The position numbers were made by a program, and so were the translations under genes. Positions 40,247-54,098 of a stretch of DNA of 64,000 nt are shown piece by piece. Below the pieces are notes generated by a model, which saw only the letters and a list, made by a program, of their open reading frames with translations, was not told the DNA's origin and ran no database searches. How positions within the stretch are numbered: the stretch's first letter is position 1; every line of letters starts with the position of its first letter. The stretch covers positions 15,531,037 through 15,595,036 of the forward strand of contig OZ316891.1 in NCBI GenBank assembly GCA_973895155.1. The letters are read 5' to 3'. This stretch comes from Marsupella aquatica (lineage: Eukaryota > Plantae > Marchantiophyta).

Positions 40247-41462
40247 ACTGAACACAAAAGAAATCCAGGAGGAGCAGCGGATGAAACTTTGTGTTCAACC
40301 CTAGAGAGAAGGATGATGAAGCAAAACTGTGAATTTCCGTTTCCAGGCGTCATAGATCATATACACTTTGTCTGTTTGACTCGTGGACTTTGTTGGAATC
40401 CACTATGAATTTGTGCCAATGTCTTGATCCACCCATTGCTTGGAAGAACTGTGCCATTGATTTCGCGAAGCAATATCAGCCGAAACTGCCGAGAGATGGA
40501 TGGATTCAATTGCACAGACAATTGCATTCAAGAGCAAAATGCCAAGGCCAGGGCATAGAGGAACGCAAAATTGTGCAATTGGATGTGAGAATTCATGGCA
40601 GCGAGAGGTCAACGGAAGTATGTCCAACACAAAAGTTGGTGCAAGCTTGCGCAATTCCTTCAGACCCGCACAAAATTTGGGAGCAAAAGCACCACAAACA
40701 ACCATGTGCCTCGCCAATAAAGTAACGCGTGTCCATTTCACCCGCCATTTCATATAGCGCAAGCAAATTAACTATCTTGTAACCGATGGGGTTGCGTTCT
40801 AACAAACCCCATTAAGCATATTGCCCATCCCAATAATAGCTGGGCCATTACGCTATATTAAAGGTATAGCGTAAAGGAACCCTCCTAGCATTGGAGATGC
40901 TCTTAGGAGTTTTGTTCACTTGTCAAGGTGAATAGAAACCAGCAGAGTGGAGATCCTTCCTACCATAAGTTGGATTGGTTATTTGGTTCTATAAACTTTC
41001 CATTATTGTTTTGATGAGCTTCACTATGATGAGATCCAGTGCTATGGTAGTGAGCTCCAATCTTGAGCCTTGGCATTTTGATGCTTGACCTGGCTAGCTG
41101 GCCTTGCCTAGTCTTCAGTTGGTTACAAAATTACTCTCCTTGGTGTCAGAGAAAAGATATCTACCACAATTACATTCACTCTACATCCATTAGACATCAA
41201 AATGATCCAAAAATGATGTAAAGAAAGGCTCGACATAAGTAGCAAATTCAGCCTTTGAGCACAACAAGTGAGCAAATCACGAACTTAAGACAAGCAGATC
41301 TGCCTTGTATCCATGCAGTCCATATTTTTATTAACACGTCTTTGTAATTTTGACACTTCTATAGCTATTGGTGAATCTAACTTTCATGTTTTGTCTTATG
41401 TAGATTTTGGGTCAAGTATTTAGATTTTAATGTGCCTTAACAAGATGAATCATTTGTACTAA

Positions 41463-42931
41463 TTATGGACCCCCATTAGGGGTCTCTTGCAAATTCTCTG
41501 CCATTAGGTTGCGCCACATCATCACAACTAGCCACAAACAGGAATGATCCTACTTTTAACAATAACAAACGTGCACATTCCTGTTTGTGGCAAAAGCAAC
41601 GTAATTTTTGGGGCGCCATGCCGTAAATATTAAATGTAAAAAAAACCAAAATACAAAGGAAGAGATGTCATTTAGTAAAACAAAGTTACCATTTTGATGT
41701 TTGTCAAAGATATATCAGTGTTTTATATCAAAATGCTTGTATTTTTGAATTGATTGCAAGTTTGAAAAAATCAATCGATAGAAATGTACATAATTAAAAC
41801 CCCATTTGACTTCACATTGTAAAACTAAATAATAAATCTCCTTAGTACTTGATAAGATTTGCCAATGTTTGATTCATTGGAAAATTCAAGATCAAGATTT
41901 AGAAACTCGTGATCTCTTTAGTAATGTCTTGATAAAATCTCTCAATGTCACTCATTGGAAAGCTAGAGTAAAATTAAAAACTCATCATCTCCTTAGTACT
42001 TGACAAAATCTATCAATGTTAGGTTCATTGGAAAGCTAGATAAATTTAGATACTCATGATCTCTCTATTTCTTGACAAATAATCTCAATGTCACACATTA
42101 GAAAGCTAAAAAGATTGAAAACCTCCTGATCTCTTGAGTAACGTGACAAAATCTAACATAAAATTTGTAAATGTCAGACTAAATGTTAGAAAGCTAAAAG
42201 AATTCATGAACTCGTAATCAAAATTTCTTATACTAACACTCATTGGAAAGGCAAAGATATTCAAAAACTCATATGGAACTTGACAAAATTTGTCAATTTG
42301 AGGCTCATTGGAAACCTTTTCTCGATTAAGAGATATCACAATCTCGTCACCGTCACAAACTTAGTCGCTACAAATTGATTTCTTTGATTACGTCACCATC
42401 GCTTGTCCACAATGCTTGCTTCCCGGCTTGAATTGTTCACATCTCTGAGATAGTCTTCAACTAAAGCTCACTCTGAACACAGGTTGACGCCAAATGCAGC
42501 CTCTATGTCAAAGAAACAATTGTTGGTCTTCCCTTCACACCATAGCTTTCTTAAATAAAAATAACTACAAATCCTTTGTTTGAAGTGACGGCTCGTTCGG
42601 TTTGTGTGTTCTTCCCACCAAATCGACAAGTTGAGTGTTGTGCTCTAGTCTGTCTTGTGGCGGTAATGCTCAATGTAACTCACAAACAATCAATCAAGAA
42701 TGGTTGAAAGATGATTTCTCCAATGTGTAAGCAAAACCTATAAGAAAACTCAATTCCTCCACATTCAACCTTCCGTTTGATAAATCTCTATCTTTTGAGC
42801 ATTTGTTTTTGTATGAGCACACACCAACACCATCGAGAGACTCAAAACCGTTGGTTACCGCCTTGATGAAAATTGATTTCACTTAATCACACAAACATTC
42901 CTTGGATGAACATGGGGTCCACGAAATAATT
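41463..42931 (+). mobile_element. Non-autonomous subTIR/TT element, family A copy 2
   Basis: TT-AT-GGACCCCCAT ... ATGGGGTCC-ACGAAATAA-TT. Colinear with 12820-14116, with extra internal repeat units. Confidence 0.8.
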
Positions 42932-43569
42932 AGATTTTGAATTAACTTTTTGCACCCCTTTTAATTTTAGTTAACTTAGAGTATTTTGAATGCTCCCCTC
43001 ATAAATGTTTAATTTTCACTTTTCAATCTCTCTAAGTGAATTCTATCTTTTCTCATGAAAGGGAGAAATGATTTACTAAGTTCCCCTAATGGTTTCCTTT
43101 ACAAAATTTATAGTTGACTGTCATTACCTAGAAGCAAGTGAAATGTGTACTTTATGTGCATAACTCTTTAGTACTTTTGTACTTTCCTAGTCATTATGTG
43201 TTTTTCTTTTCATGTATAATGGTTTTGTGTATTATCTCACTCACTCTTAATTAACATATATTATTTTCTTGGCATGAACTTCACATCTACTTTTTTTATC
43301 ATAAATAAAATTAGATGAACTATATATCACTACAAGTACAAAAAAGAGACATGTTTCGAGATGAACATGCTATATAGCACTGAGACTTTGCCTATCTACC
43401 ACACTAACACAACACCAATCAAAAGCACTAAGAGTTAAGTCATAAGTGTCAAACCAAGCAAGAAACTAACATAAGATGTTTACATGTGCACTAGTATACC
43501 AAAAATAATGAAACCAAAATTATTTTTCTCCCTTTGTTATCACCTTAACCCTACTTTTTCTTTGCCCTC

Positions 43570-43860
43570 TTACAAACCCCCATGAGAAGCTCCTTCCAAT
43601 ATCCCTGGCATCAAGTGTAACAACATCATTGCTTTTGGTCATCAACAGGAAGGTATATTTTTGCATCAAAAAACAATTATATGTGTTTGAGGGAAGGCAA
43701 TGAAAAATAGTTTGACCCCATGACCATAAAAACTCTTTGATATTGAAAAGTGAAATTCAAAACAACAAAGACTGTTAAAACAGAATAATCATTTGGATAT
43801 CTTGATGTATCAGTTTCTCAAGAATGCTTAGTTTTTTCTTGCCTTGGGGGTCTGTTTTGG
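43570..43860 (+). mobile_element. 5' fragment of a related subTIR/TT element
   Basis: ttacaaacccccatgagaagctccttccaatatccctggca matches the shared 5' terminus of families A, B and C. The 3' end was not found. Confidence 0.5.
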
Positions 43861-45533
43861 TGCTTTGAAATTACCTCTGTGTTTGGCTGTGTCTATAAAT
43901 CACTGCCAAAGGACATAAAGTGCCATACCTGGAGACTGGATCCCAAAGGCCAAAAAAATATTAAAAAGGGGGAAAATAAAGGGAAAACCCAGGAGAACTG
44001 AAGTGCCTAAAAGCCGAAGAGCCATAGTGCCCATTCAAGAGTCCAAACAGCTAAAGAACTAAAGCTCTATTGTCTCAAAAACTGAAAAGATTGGTAGAGC
44101 TCCAAGGTAAATTGCACAGGAGGGTTACAAAGTCAGAGGGATTTGTCTAGATGCCCTGAAACCAACTACCTCAGCCCACCAAAAGATAGATACAGGTTTG
44201 GCCAAGTAAGGGCAAAAGGAGGAAGAGATGTTTGGTCTTCATGTAACCACAAATCAGACTTGGCTAAGCATATTCTTAGCTATGACTCAGTAAAAAATTA
44301 GTTTCAATAGCAAAAACTTATCTACTCAAGATTGACATCATAGCAAGCACCTACTAATAAACAAGTAGAGCGCAAATCTACCCACCCTACAGAATTGGTC
44401 TACCTAAAGTTAGCAAAGCACAAAGTATGCCTGAGTGCAACCTAGGCTCTGCATTTTGACAGAGAAAGTTGGAAAAAGAAGAAAGAATTAATAGCCGAAG
44501 GAGTTAGGTACTGAGGAGGAACTTACAGTAGTGAATCTGATTTGTTTAAGTTCATTTTAAGCTGCTTCAACTTTTGGTATTTAATTTCCAATTTTTAGTT
44601 TTTGCATGTTAAGGTCTTTCCAATCTTTCCAAAGAGTCTAACATACTCAGATTCTTTGAAAGTTACAATTCCCAATGTAGGTGATCACTTCTAAGACACA
44701 ACTATTTTAACTTATCAACAATTTGATCTATGTTATCTTATGTAGAGTATTGAGTAATCTAATCAATTTATGAAACACAAGCTATCATATGGTATCCAAA
44801 GTATTCAGAATATGATTATAAGAAAATAAATGCAAAAAGATATATACCTTGAAAGTGAAGTGAGATAAGGTGCTGTCTAGTGAAGGACAAGTACACAGAA
44901 CTGGAATTGTAAAAGTTAATCTACCTTATATATACAATACTTCCTAGGTGAAAGAGAAGTACACTAATCTTCAGCTCTATTTTGAGGGGCTCTCGGATTC
45001 ACATGACACCTATTGATCTGTACTCCCATGACGACGTTGAAACTCCATAAGCAATGGACATATAAACTACAACACATGGATAAATTGAGTCCCAGTTGTG
45101 GGGCTGAGCCTGGAGAGTCGAACGTACCTTCTCACGCAAATAAGGAGTATTGCAGTAAAGTATGTAATTAAAATATTAATTAAGGAAAGCAAGACAAAAT
45201 GACACACAAATAAATAAATACAAGGTCTAACATACCTGACAGAAAAGAAGAAATTGAGAAAGGGTAAAGGGGTTGGAAGAAATATTCTACAATAGTCAGA
45301 AAGTATTGTATAGTTGAGAAAAATAACTATACCTGTGCTTGTGGTAAAATAGTAGCCACCTTGGCCAATGTTTAAAAACAAGGAAAAAATTGGCTGAACA
45401 CCACCCTTATGTAGTCTACATGAGGAAAAAAGGTTGTCCATCCAGCTTCGAAAGGTACATTTGAGCAGTTTGGCAAACTTGTAGGTCCATCCAGGCTTCG
45501 ATTTCGAAACCTGGATTGCCTACTTCAATCCGA

Positions 45534-46368
45534 AATTAGTTCGTGGACCCCTTGGCTAATAAAATTAGGGGGAAGAGTCGATCTGAGCCGTCTCCATTTC
45601 TTATCTCCGGAAATCTTGTCCGTCCATCATAATGACCAATCTATGACTCAAAAGAAAGATCTCAAATAGATCTATGGATGGGTTCTGTCCGTTTTGCAAA
45701 TGGGTTAATATTTTTCAAATGAAAAATTAAACAAATCCAAGCCTTCCTAGCCGTCGATTTTGTTGATTTTATGATCTTTGCCGTCCATTTTGTAATGCCT
45801 CTAGAAATCTTATTCATCCATGTTAGAAGGCGATCTAGGGTACAAAAGAAAGATCTCAATGAGATGTACGACTGGGTGTTTTTTGTTTTGAGAATGAGTA
45901 AATAGTTTTGAGTATAGAATTCGATAAACTTTCAAGATTCTAGCCATTCCTCCTCCCCGATCCTTCGCAGCATTAATGCGAAAGCATTAATGGCCGTACA
46001 ATACGAGAGGTTCTTACATACCGGGAGTTGCGGTTTAACAAGGAAGTTATCAAGTTAGTTATTAGTCATTATTTATTATATGAAAAATATTTTTTATAAA
46101 TATTTGAATTTAAGTTTTAAAATTGGAAATGTAACTAAAACAGTTACATAGTGACAATTTTAACCGTCTTGCTCTTTGCATTTCCAATGTTTTTACTTTT
46201 TTTTTTGCGGCACGGTGTCCCAAAATTTACACCCAAATTGACACAAACATGAATAAAAACTATAAATTTAATTCACAAAACTGAGTAATCTTGTTTGTTC
46301 CTGTTGTTGTTGATGTGGCAGTCTATGCTGCCAAATTTTTTGGAAAAGACCTCTAATGGGGTCTGTAA
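45534..46368 (-). mobile_element. Non-autonomous subTIR/TT element, family B copy 1
   Basis: Reverse complement of 55071-55908. Minus-strand ends TT-AC-AGACCCC ... GGGGTCC-ACGAACTAA-TT. Confidence 0.82.
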
Positions 46369-48427
46369 ATAAATAAAATAGAAAAAAAGTTAATCCAAAC
46401 CTGTATTGCCTACTTCAATCCAAAGAAAATAAAATAGAAAAGAGTTAATCGCTCAGGGACTCATAAGGACGGAGGAGGAATACTGCAGCACTTTCGTACA
46501 CCGTAGATGTGGACGCGCAGTCTGTAGTTGATGCCTACTGCAGTACTTCTTTCGATTTTCTCGCCACATGGGTTGCCCGTTTCTTCCGTTCAAGGAAAGG
46601 AAGAAGTGTAATCTGATCGACCGAGCTTCATCGTCGATTGATCCGCCGAAGGATGAGAAGAGGAGCACATTGATTCCAAGCTCAAGCGGGGAGCATGCCA
46701 AAGGGAGGTACTCCATACTGATGTGCTTCAACACAGTACTCCCATCAAACGAAGAAAGAATTGAACTTCCTGGAGGTATGCAGCGTGGATGGGAGGCTTC
46801 GAGATCGGAAGGTTTGAGAGCATGACGTGATGGCCCCGCCGAGATGTCCTGACGGGGTTCGTCGGGAAGCGGGTGATGCTGTTGTCGCGTGCGGATCTTG
46901 AGCAAAGTCGAGCAACGTGGTTCGCATTAATTGTAGTCTCTGAGAAAAGCAAGCAAGCTCGGGGGTGGTCTTGCGGTAATAGGAAGTAATGAACTCGGGC
47001 GGAGAAATTGCATTACGCCAGCGGACAGAGACTAAAAGTCTTGGTTAGCCGGGAAAGCAGGGAAGGTGCAGAAGCTGCTCGCCGGCCTTCTGTGGTGTCC
47101 CTGTGTCGAGATTCTATTTGTACTGGCGGTACTCGAAATGGTGGTTGAGAGGAGTGGTCGCCTCGGGTTTTCCCGTCGATGCCATTACCTTCTGGGTAGT
47201 TGCTGAGCTTTCTTGCTCTCGGCTGGTACCGTGTAAGAGCGTGCGCAAGACTCGTGATTGGTCAGATCGATTGAAAATTTCGTGCGCGCGATTATTGACG
47301 ACTAGACCTCGGACTGCCCCGCACTCCGTGCTTTTCGATCTCTGGAGCTGGCTGACGGTAGATCCGAAGAGTGATCAATCCATCAGAGCTCGCCTCCCCT
47401 TTTGGCCCAGATTTGCTGGCTTTTGAAGGAGCAAAGAGGATATCTTCGTTAGCGGCAAAGCTCGTGGAAAGAGCAGCGCGGGATGCTCCCTGAGAACTTC
47501 TTCGAGGGCGTTTGAATTTCGATTTCCAAATCTAGATCGGCTTGTCTTAGATCAATTTCTTGAAATTTTAGGGGAGAAGCATCAAACTGGCCGCTGTGCC
47601 TGCCGTTGTAATCTTTCCGACTAGGGAAGTTGCGGTGAATTACGGTTGAATCGATGGTACTCACATCAGTTCTAAGCGAGAGGGCATGAGCAAACGGAAT
47701 GTTCATTGAGAACTTCGTAAGGGCCCTAAATCGATGTGGCCCGTTTCGCACAGTTTCGCACTTTGCGGGCAGGTGGTGGAGGACGGTGCCGACTTCACTG
47801 CAGGGCGATGAGTAACTGAAGCTCGAAATCTCGTCGAATGACCCGGTTTAGTCAATCTTGTTGACTGGCAGCTTACAGGGCACAGGGCACTCGCACAACT
47901 AGGGCCTGCTATTTTGAAACACAAGATTAGGCTTTCCCCCGCTTAACTGGATTCAAAGAGGTGCTTCCTAAACTTCTGTTCCTCTTTCTACCAATTCAGT
48001 TCCCTTTTTAACGGCTATCCGTAGATCTTAAACCCTCTGAATAGGTGCAGGTGAAGACATCGATTTGATCATTTTCTTCGTTCAAGATTGAGTAGAATGA
48101 CGTTGATGGTCGGGCAGGGGACTGCTCAAGAGGCAAAGCAATGACCCAATCATCAAAGTTGGGATTAAATCTGCGGACAAGAACTAGTGAAATCTCCTTA
48201 CAGCAGGAATAGCAGATGGCTTCCTGTGAGCTACGAAGTTTTTTACTGACTGTCACCCTTTTGTAAACTTTATACCATCGGGCTTTTGAGCAGCTTGGCA
48301 GCAATTGACGCTGGATCTAGAGAAGGAAAATAAACCGGCATGTCACGTCAGTAACCGAAGCTTGGATCTCGACTGAAGGCGCCGACGGAACGGCCGGATT
48401 TAGACAGGGTCTACGTGGTGATTGGGA

Positions 48428-50794
48428 ATGATGCAGGGTCGTGTAGGATCAACAGGTCTGCTCTCCGAGGAAAATAATGGTCTATTACCGAGGCAAGTTC
48501 TATCACAATCGAGAGGAGGTCTTGGGAAACGAGAATGGTTTTCTTTTGGCAAGTTCTCCAACGTTCTCTTCTTCTTCATTCTCTTGGGTTCAGGTGTGCT
48601 CTTGGGTGTAGTGGCGAGTCTTCACGTGATGGGCTACTTCAAGGGATCTGTCTTTTCAGAACATTGCTCGGTCCGTAATCCTCTTGCGACTTTTATGCAG
48701 CCCACCAAACCGAGTCAGTTTTGGCTAACTCCGGGAGGCTTTTATCACGCTATGACTGACGAAGAGCTGTTATGGAGAGCATCTATCGTTCCTCAACGGC
48801 CAGGCTTTCCAGTAGAGCGAATTCAGAAAATTGCATTCATGTTCTTGACCAAGGGACCGTTGCCTTTGGCTCCTCTGTGGGAGAAATACTTTAATGGTCA
48901 TAAAGGCTTCTACTCGATTTATGTTCATGCTTTACCAGGGTTCAAGCTTGAAGTACCTTCCTCGTCGGTTTTTTACGGGCGCCAAATTCCAAGCCAGGTT
49001 AGAATCCGATCCTTCCATTCCCAATTACTTATGCTTTCCTAGTCGCGTCATTCATTTGTCTGCTCCACTTTTGTACGAGTGCTCGATATGAGCATTTGTG
49101 GATTTAGTAATGTGCTGGGCCGTCCGATCGTCATGACAACCAACTCAATGGGAAAACAGGTGAGGGCAAGTCTAACAGAAGACAGGTAACGATTGCTTTG
49201 TATTGAACCATCGGATGGGAATACAGCTCGCACAAGAGCCCAAACTGGACTATATACTGTTTGGACGGAGACCAGTAGAACAGAATCATTTTGGGAATTG
49301 ATATCCTTGTTGCCGAGTCTTAGTTGTTTATAAATGTATCTGTTGTGGTTTTTTTACCACGGAAAACGATATTTTCTTGTTGAAGTAAATTGGGCACATT
49401 GTGCAGCTTATAGTCGACTAAGTCTGTCCCTGTTCCTGATCATGGACAGTTGAAGGCAATTCTACTTTAGTGCGGCAGGTTTGTTGCTCCATGGAAAATC
49501 TTCTTCGGTGTAATATGAAAAATTGCACTGTGCCTTGCACTTGCGAAAGCCCGTCACAGGAACTCTAGCTGTCGAGTCGCTTCGATTAGTCTGCGAGTTA
49601 AGTATCATTTGATCGTAGATGAAATGAAGACCGTACAGCTTAGCTGCTTTGGATTGGAAGTATACGTAGCAATTTCCAGATCTTTTGCTTGGCCTTAACT
49701 ACAGTTCTTGCGCATCTTTTAGTTGGTTTCCGTTAACTATATCCAAGGTTCTTGAGATGTTGGTCTTCCACGTTGCACGTCCATAAGTTTTCCCAATCTC
49801 GCCTTGGGATGACTTTTCCTAGCTGACAAGAAAGCTTGAAAGTGGCACACTGATGCTCTAAAGTTTTGATTCTCGGTAGACTGCTCCACTTTCAGATGAC
49901 AGTCAGAAACCACATTCAAACCCTGAATATCTTACTACAGAACCCTCTAGTCCGTTTAGACTCTCAATTACTGCTCACTTTCAGTTGCCTGCATGTTTAG
50001 CCGCAGACAAGTACGTTTGTCCTCTCTTGAATAAGGAAACGTCTTTTTCAACCGTGTCTAATGGTTAATTACCCGCCTTCCTCTTTTGAAATAGTCTGTT
50101 CCATGACATTGGCTAGCTCGTTACTAATGCAGTCCCATTGAATTGTTCGCAGGCAAGTTCCTGGGGCGAGATATCTATGATTGATGCAGAGAGGCGGCTT
50201 CTGGCTAATGCTCTGCTCGACTTTACAAATGAACGCTTCGTCCTCGTCTCTGAGAGCTGCATACCTGTTTACAACTTCACGACCTTTTACAATTCTGTCA
50301 TTAACTCGAAAGTCAGTTTTGTTGGCTCCTTTGACGACGCTGGACCATTTGGAAGAGGAAGATGGACCCCTGGCATGGAGCCAGAAGTTGATATTGATCA
50401 CTGGCGGAAGGGTGCCCAATGGTTTGAAGTTAAACGGTCTCATGCAGTGTACATCATATCAGATGTGAAGTATTATGCAAAGTTTCGGGACTTCTGTGTT
50501 CCAAATTGTTATGTGGATGAGCATTACATCCCTACGATGATGACCATAGAGTTTCCGCAAGAGATCGCGAATAAAAGCATCACATCTGTAGATTGGTCAC
50601 GAGGGGGATCTCACCCAGCTACGTTTAACGCAAATGATATTCATGAATCGCTCATACGGAATATAGTGAATGACCGCCATTGTATTCTGAATGGTCAGGA
50701 GGAACAGCCCTGTAGCTTTTTTGCTCGCAAGTTTTCTCCTAATACGCTGGAGCCCGTGCTGAAGCTTGCCCCAACGGTGATGGGTATCCAATGA
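48428..50794 (+). CDS. Core-2/I-branching beta-1,6-GlcNAc transferase family (GT14-like/DUF266, BC10-like) type II membrane glycosyltransferase, 2 exons
   Basis: Exons 48428-48997 and 50153-50794 (~403 aa). N-terminal TM segment, then [60 protein letters not shown] and FARKF. Confidence 0.95.
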
Positions 50795-53097
50795 AGTCAC
50801 TTGCAAGTTCCCGGGCTGCGGTCTCGTGCTTGCTCTTTGGTTTTTAAATCAGCACCAACTCGAGATGCAGCTGTAGGGGTTATCGAGTCATGGTCACCCT
50901 TGATCACAATGTATATCCGCGGAAATCACAGTAGAAAGCGTAGGATGTTCGAATACTGAATTTATGGTAAGTCAAGATGCAGTGGCCAACTGTTTTACTT
51001 AAACACAATCCAATTTTGATAAATGTAAAATTAGTTTGACAACCTTCGGGTCTCAATTTGTAACGCTTCGGGTTTGATATACTATCCACCACTTTGGCGA
51101 CAGACAGGTCCTTCATGAAGAAAGGGGTTTCTGCTGGATTGTACCATTTGTAGCAGTGATCACAGCAACTCTATGCATTGGATAATTTCATTGACTGCTT
51201 TTTGCTCATTTCACTGCCACTGTTGTCTGTATTTCTTCCTCCTCGGTCGTGAGAACTTCTACTAAAGTTACTTCTACTTGGATTGGTTGATACTTTTTTG
51301 GTAAGGATTCATCAAGCATTCTGAAGTTAAACTGAAGTCCTTGGTTTCCTTAGGTGTGTGTCTGTGATGTCTTTAAGATATCACTGATGGTACCATTTGT
51401 TATCGATGAAATGTGCAACCTCGTTTCCTAGTGCAGTGTACTTGCACTTCCAAGCAAATCCTCCTCCCTGCAGACGTACGGACAAGAAAAGCCTGATGGA
51501 TCTCATCGGTTCGTGAGAAGGGCGACGGGTGAGATCGTTGTTCTCGTTGATACAACCGAGGTAGCTGCACGTGGACAGTTGCTGAAGCGATGCGGTCCAT
51601 TCCACATGTTTTTTGCTTGAAATTTGTATCCTGCCAGGACTCCAAACCCAAAGTAAGAGAAAGTGGTATTTCTGTACCAAAGTAAGAGAAAGAGGTATAC
51701 TTCAGTATTGCAGAAGGTGCATTGAAACCCAAAGTAAGAGAAAGAGATATTTCTGTATTGCAGAAGGTGCATTGAAAGCTGCACGGTAAAATACTTTGTA
51801 GCGGATACTAGATGAGATTTTAGCCTGTATGAATTGATCTGAGGATTAGCAAAACGCCATGCCAATTCATTCAACATTCTGAATAAGTTAGCTGACGGTG
51901 GATTCCTGGATTCCCCAAATAGTACAGTAGCGTTGTCAGGAAACGATACAGCTCATACCTGAGAAGGATTATAACAGCTGCCCCCCCCCAAAAAAAAAAA
52001 GTCCAAAAGAAAGCACCTGCCCCTAGAAAGCCTGTCTGGGTCCGTATGAAAACATGTTCCTTCAAATTGCCTCTCTATGCCTTAGGGGCTATGAACCCGC
52101 TTTCATAGGTTTGGTGAGACAGGGAGCTGCCCAATCAAAGCGTCGTCTCATTTCCTGACAACCGTACTCCGTAGCTCCATCTCAGTTGGTGCAAAATATA
52201 CTATTCAAATTTTGGACCAATTTTGGATTTTCTAAAAAATATGTTGGGGTCCTTGTGAAGCTTTAGAAGATTAGCTTATAAATTTACAAATATTCTAAAG
52301 ATTTCGGTGTAAACATTATCCTTTACAGTTTTTTATAAAAACAAATTAAGGGAAAAAGGAGAATAATGGTCCGGCGTTGCCTTAATTTCTAACATGAAAC
52401 TTAATCAATGTTTTGCACAGGTCTAGCCTGAACTGGGATTGCACTCCTGTAATGGATGGAATTACTCTTCTATGACATGTGGTTTGATCTCCCTTGCCTT
52501 GCTCCATTGCGATCCAAAAGTGACATTTGAGTCCTTTTTCTCTTAGTTGAAGATGATCCACATTGCCAAAGTAATGAAAAGTTGAATGCACAGTTACTGG
52601 ACTCATCTATAGGTCAATGATAACAGAAATTCCTTACTTACTACCTCAATAGCCAGTGTTTGTCAACTTTTCTTCGCTCTCAAGTATGGCACAAACATTT
52701 CTTGACTGCAGGCCTCATTTCTAGACTTTTTCTTAGTAATCTGGACCTATCCATTGTCTGTAAGGTAATTTTACCCTGGCTATCATGGAAGATATGACCC
52801 CACCTACTGATAGACTTACCTTCCGTTCCCTTTAGTTGATTAAACATTTTTATTTGTGAGTTCTCTAACCAGCCTCTCTGATCAGAAATTTTCCTTTTGA
52901 AGCTGAAATCTTTGGTATGATTGGATTGCAATAGTCCGTGGTTTCCCTTTTCCTGTATTTTTATTGACAGGATTGACAAGTATTAAATCAGACACAAATT
53001 TTTGAAACCTCGAAAGAAAATTTTCATCTAAACGTCAATATTCTAAGCATCCTGTTGTAGACATTGACTTTTCAGTGCATTTACTACTATTTTAAAA

Positions 53098-53370
53098 CTA
53101 GCCCAGACTACCCGTTTCTTTGAACATGAATAGCGGAGAGTACAATAAAAATGTCATCAAATATATTCTCTATTCATATTCTTTGAATGTTAATAGAATG
53201 ATAAAAAAACTCATCATTTTAATAATCATATATAATATATCATTCTTTTTGTATGCACATTCATATGAGTTTTTCACATACACATGATGACCATAGAGTT
53301 ACTGTCTAGAGGCTTCACTCTAGACCTAGGCTCTTTGCAGTAGACTTCGGTTGGCGTTTTTATAGTAAGA
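53098..53370 (-). mobile_element. Short non-autonomous Helitron
   Basis: Minus strand A^TCTTACTATAAAA ... CTAG^T, inserted in an AT site with no TSD. A weak GC-containing subterminal hairpin lies near 53113-53130. Homologous to the 27.3 kb and 63.4 kb copies. Confidence 0.65.
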
Positions 53371-54098
53371 TAGAAAACTGAAAACTAGAGAATAATATTC
53401 TGACCTTGTGTTGTTTACTAAAATGAAAAATAATTAATGAAAGTGTAGGTCCTGCCTGAACTGGGACGGTAGTAACAAGCCAGCCAGGACAGAAGGAAGG
53501 AGGAGATCTGTAACTGTCAATCAGGTCCATGGGAGGAGAAATAACTAACTGACTGTGGTCACCAAGCCTTCATCCCCTCTAACGGTACCCTAAGAGCATT
53601 CCCAGCTTGGCCCCCATTCCATCCAGCTTTGGGCAGAGTAACAGGTATTTTTGGCAGTCTGGCCTCTCGAGGAGCAAACTGGGCTGGATGGGCTCCCCAC
53701 CCAGGCATAACTTACACATGTTCCATTGAGTACTTTTGGCAGCAGGGAAGGGGACCATAATAGATCCCATCTGTAGCCAACCTCATCTCATCACAATCAC
53801 AGTCTGAAAATCAGAGCCATTCATAACAAGCATTTTACCTGCCACTGCAGGAGTCCACAAGTGCAGGCCGGAAGAGAAAATTTGGTGTGGCCCATACTTG
53901 ACTTTGCTGTGAGACACTCACTTAAGGGCTTCATTTTTTAATAGGCGAGGTGACAGGGCCACTTTTGGCCATTTTTGTTGTGAACCGTCCTATTTACAGT
54001 CCATATTGTTCCCCAAGACAAAGGAAAATACTCTTATGAGTGTGTCTCAACTTCAAAGTTGCAGATTTTGGCCATTAACTAATGGTCATAGTTTTCTT

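Larger units (their letters stand above)
29152..40902. mobile_element. PIF/Harbinger DNA transposon (decayed), with nested Copia
   Basis: TIR GAGCATCTCCAA / TTGGAGATGCTC and TTA TSD on both sides (29149-29151, 40903-40905). Contains convergent Myb/SANT-like and DDE transposase genes. Confidence 0.95.

Noticed and set aside
45662-45859. Near-identical 65-aa ORF repeated at 55583-55780
   Set aside because: TTG start and a by-product of the family B repeat copies, with no sign of coding constraint.
46453-46905. 150-aa minus-strand ORF upstream of the glycosyltransferase
   Set aside because: Non-ATG start and no recognisable domain. It lies in a GC-rich promoter where chance ORFs are expected.
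51645-51780. Short tandem duplication (aaagtaagagaaag / gtattgcagaaggtgcattgaaa)
   Set aside because: Ordinary slippage-type duplication with no further structure.
52246-52263. GGGGTCC-9nt-TT motif like the subTIR element 3' end (similar motif at 9024)
   Set aside because: No matching 5' terminus was found and the spacer or end deviates from the consensus. It may be chance.
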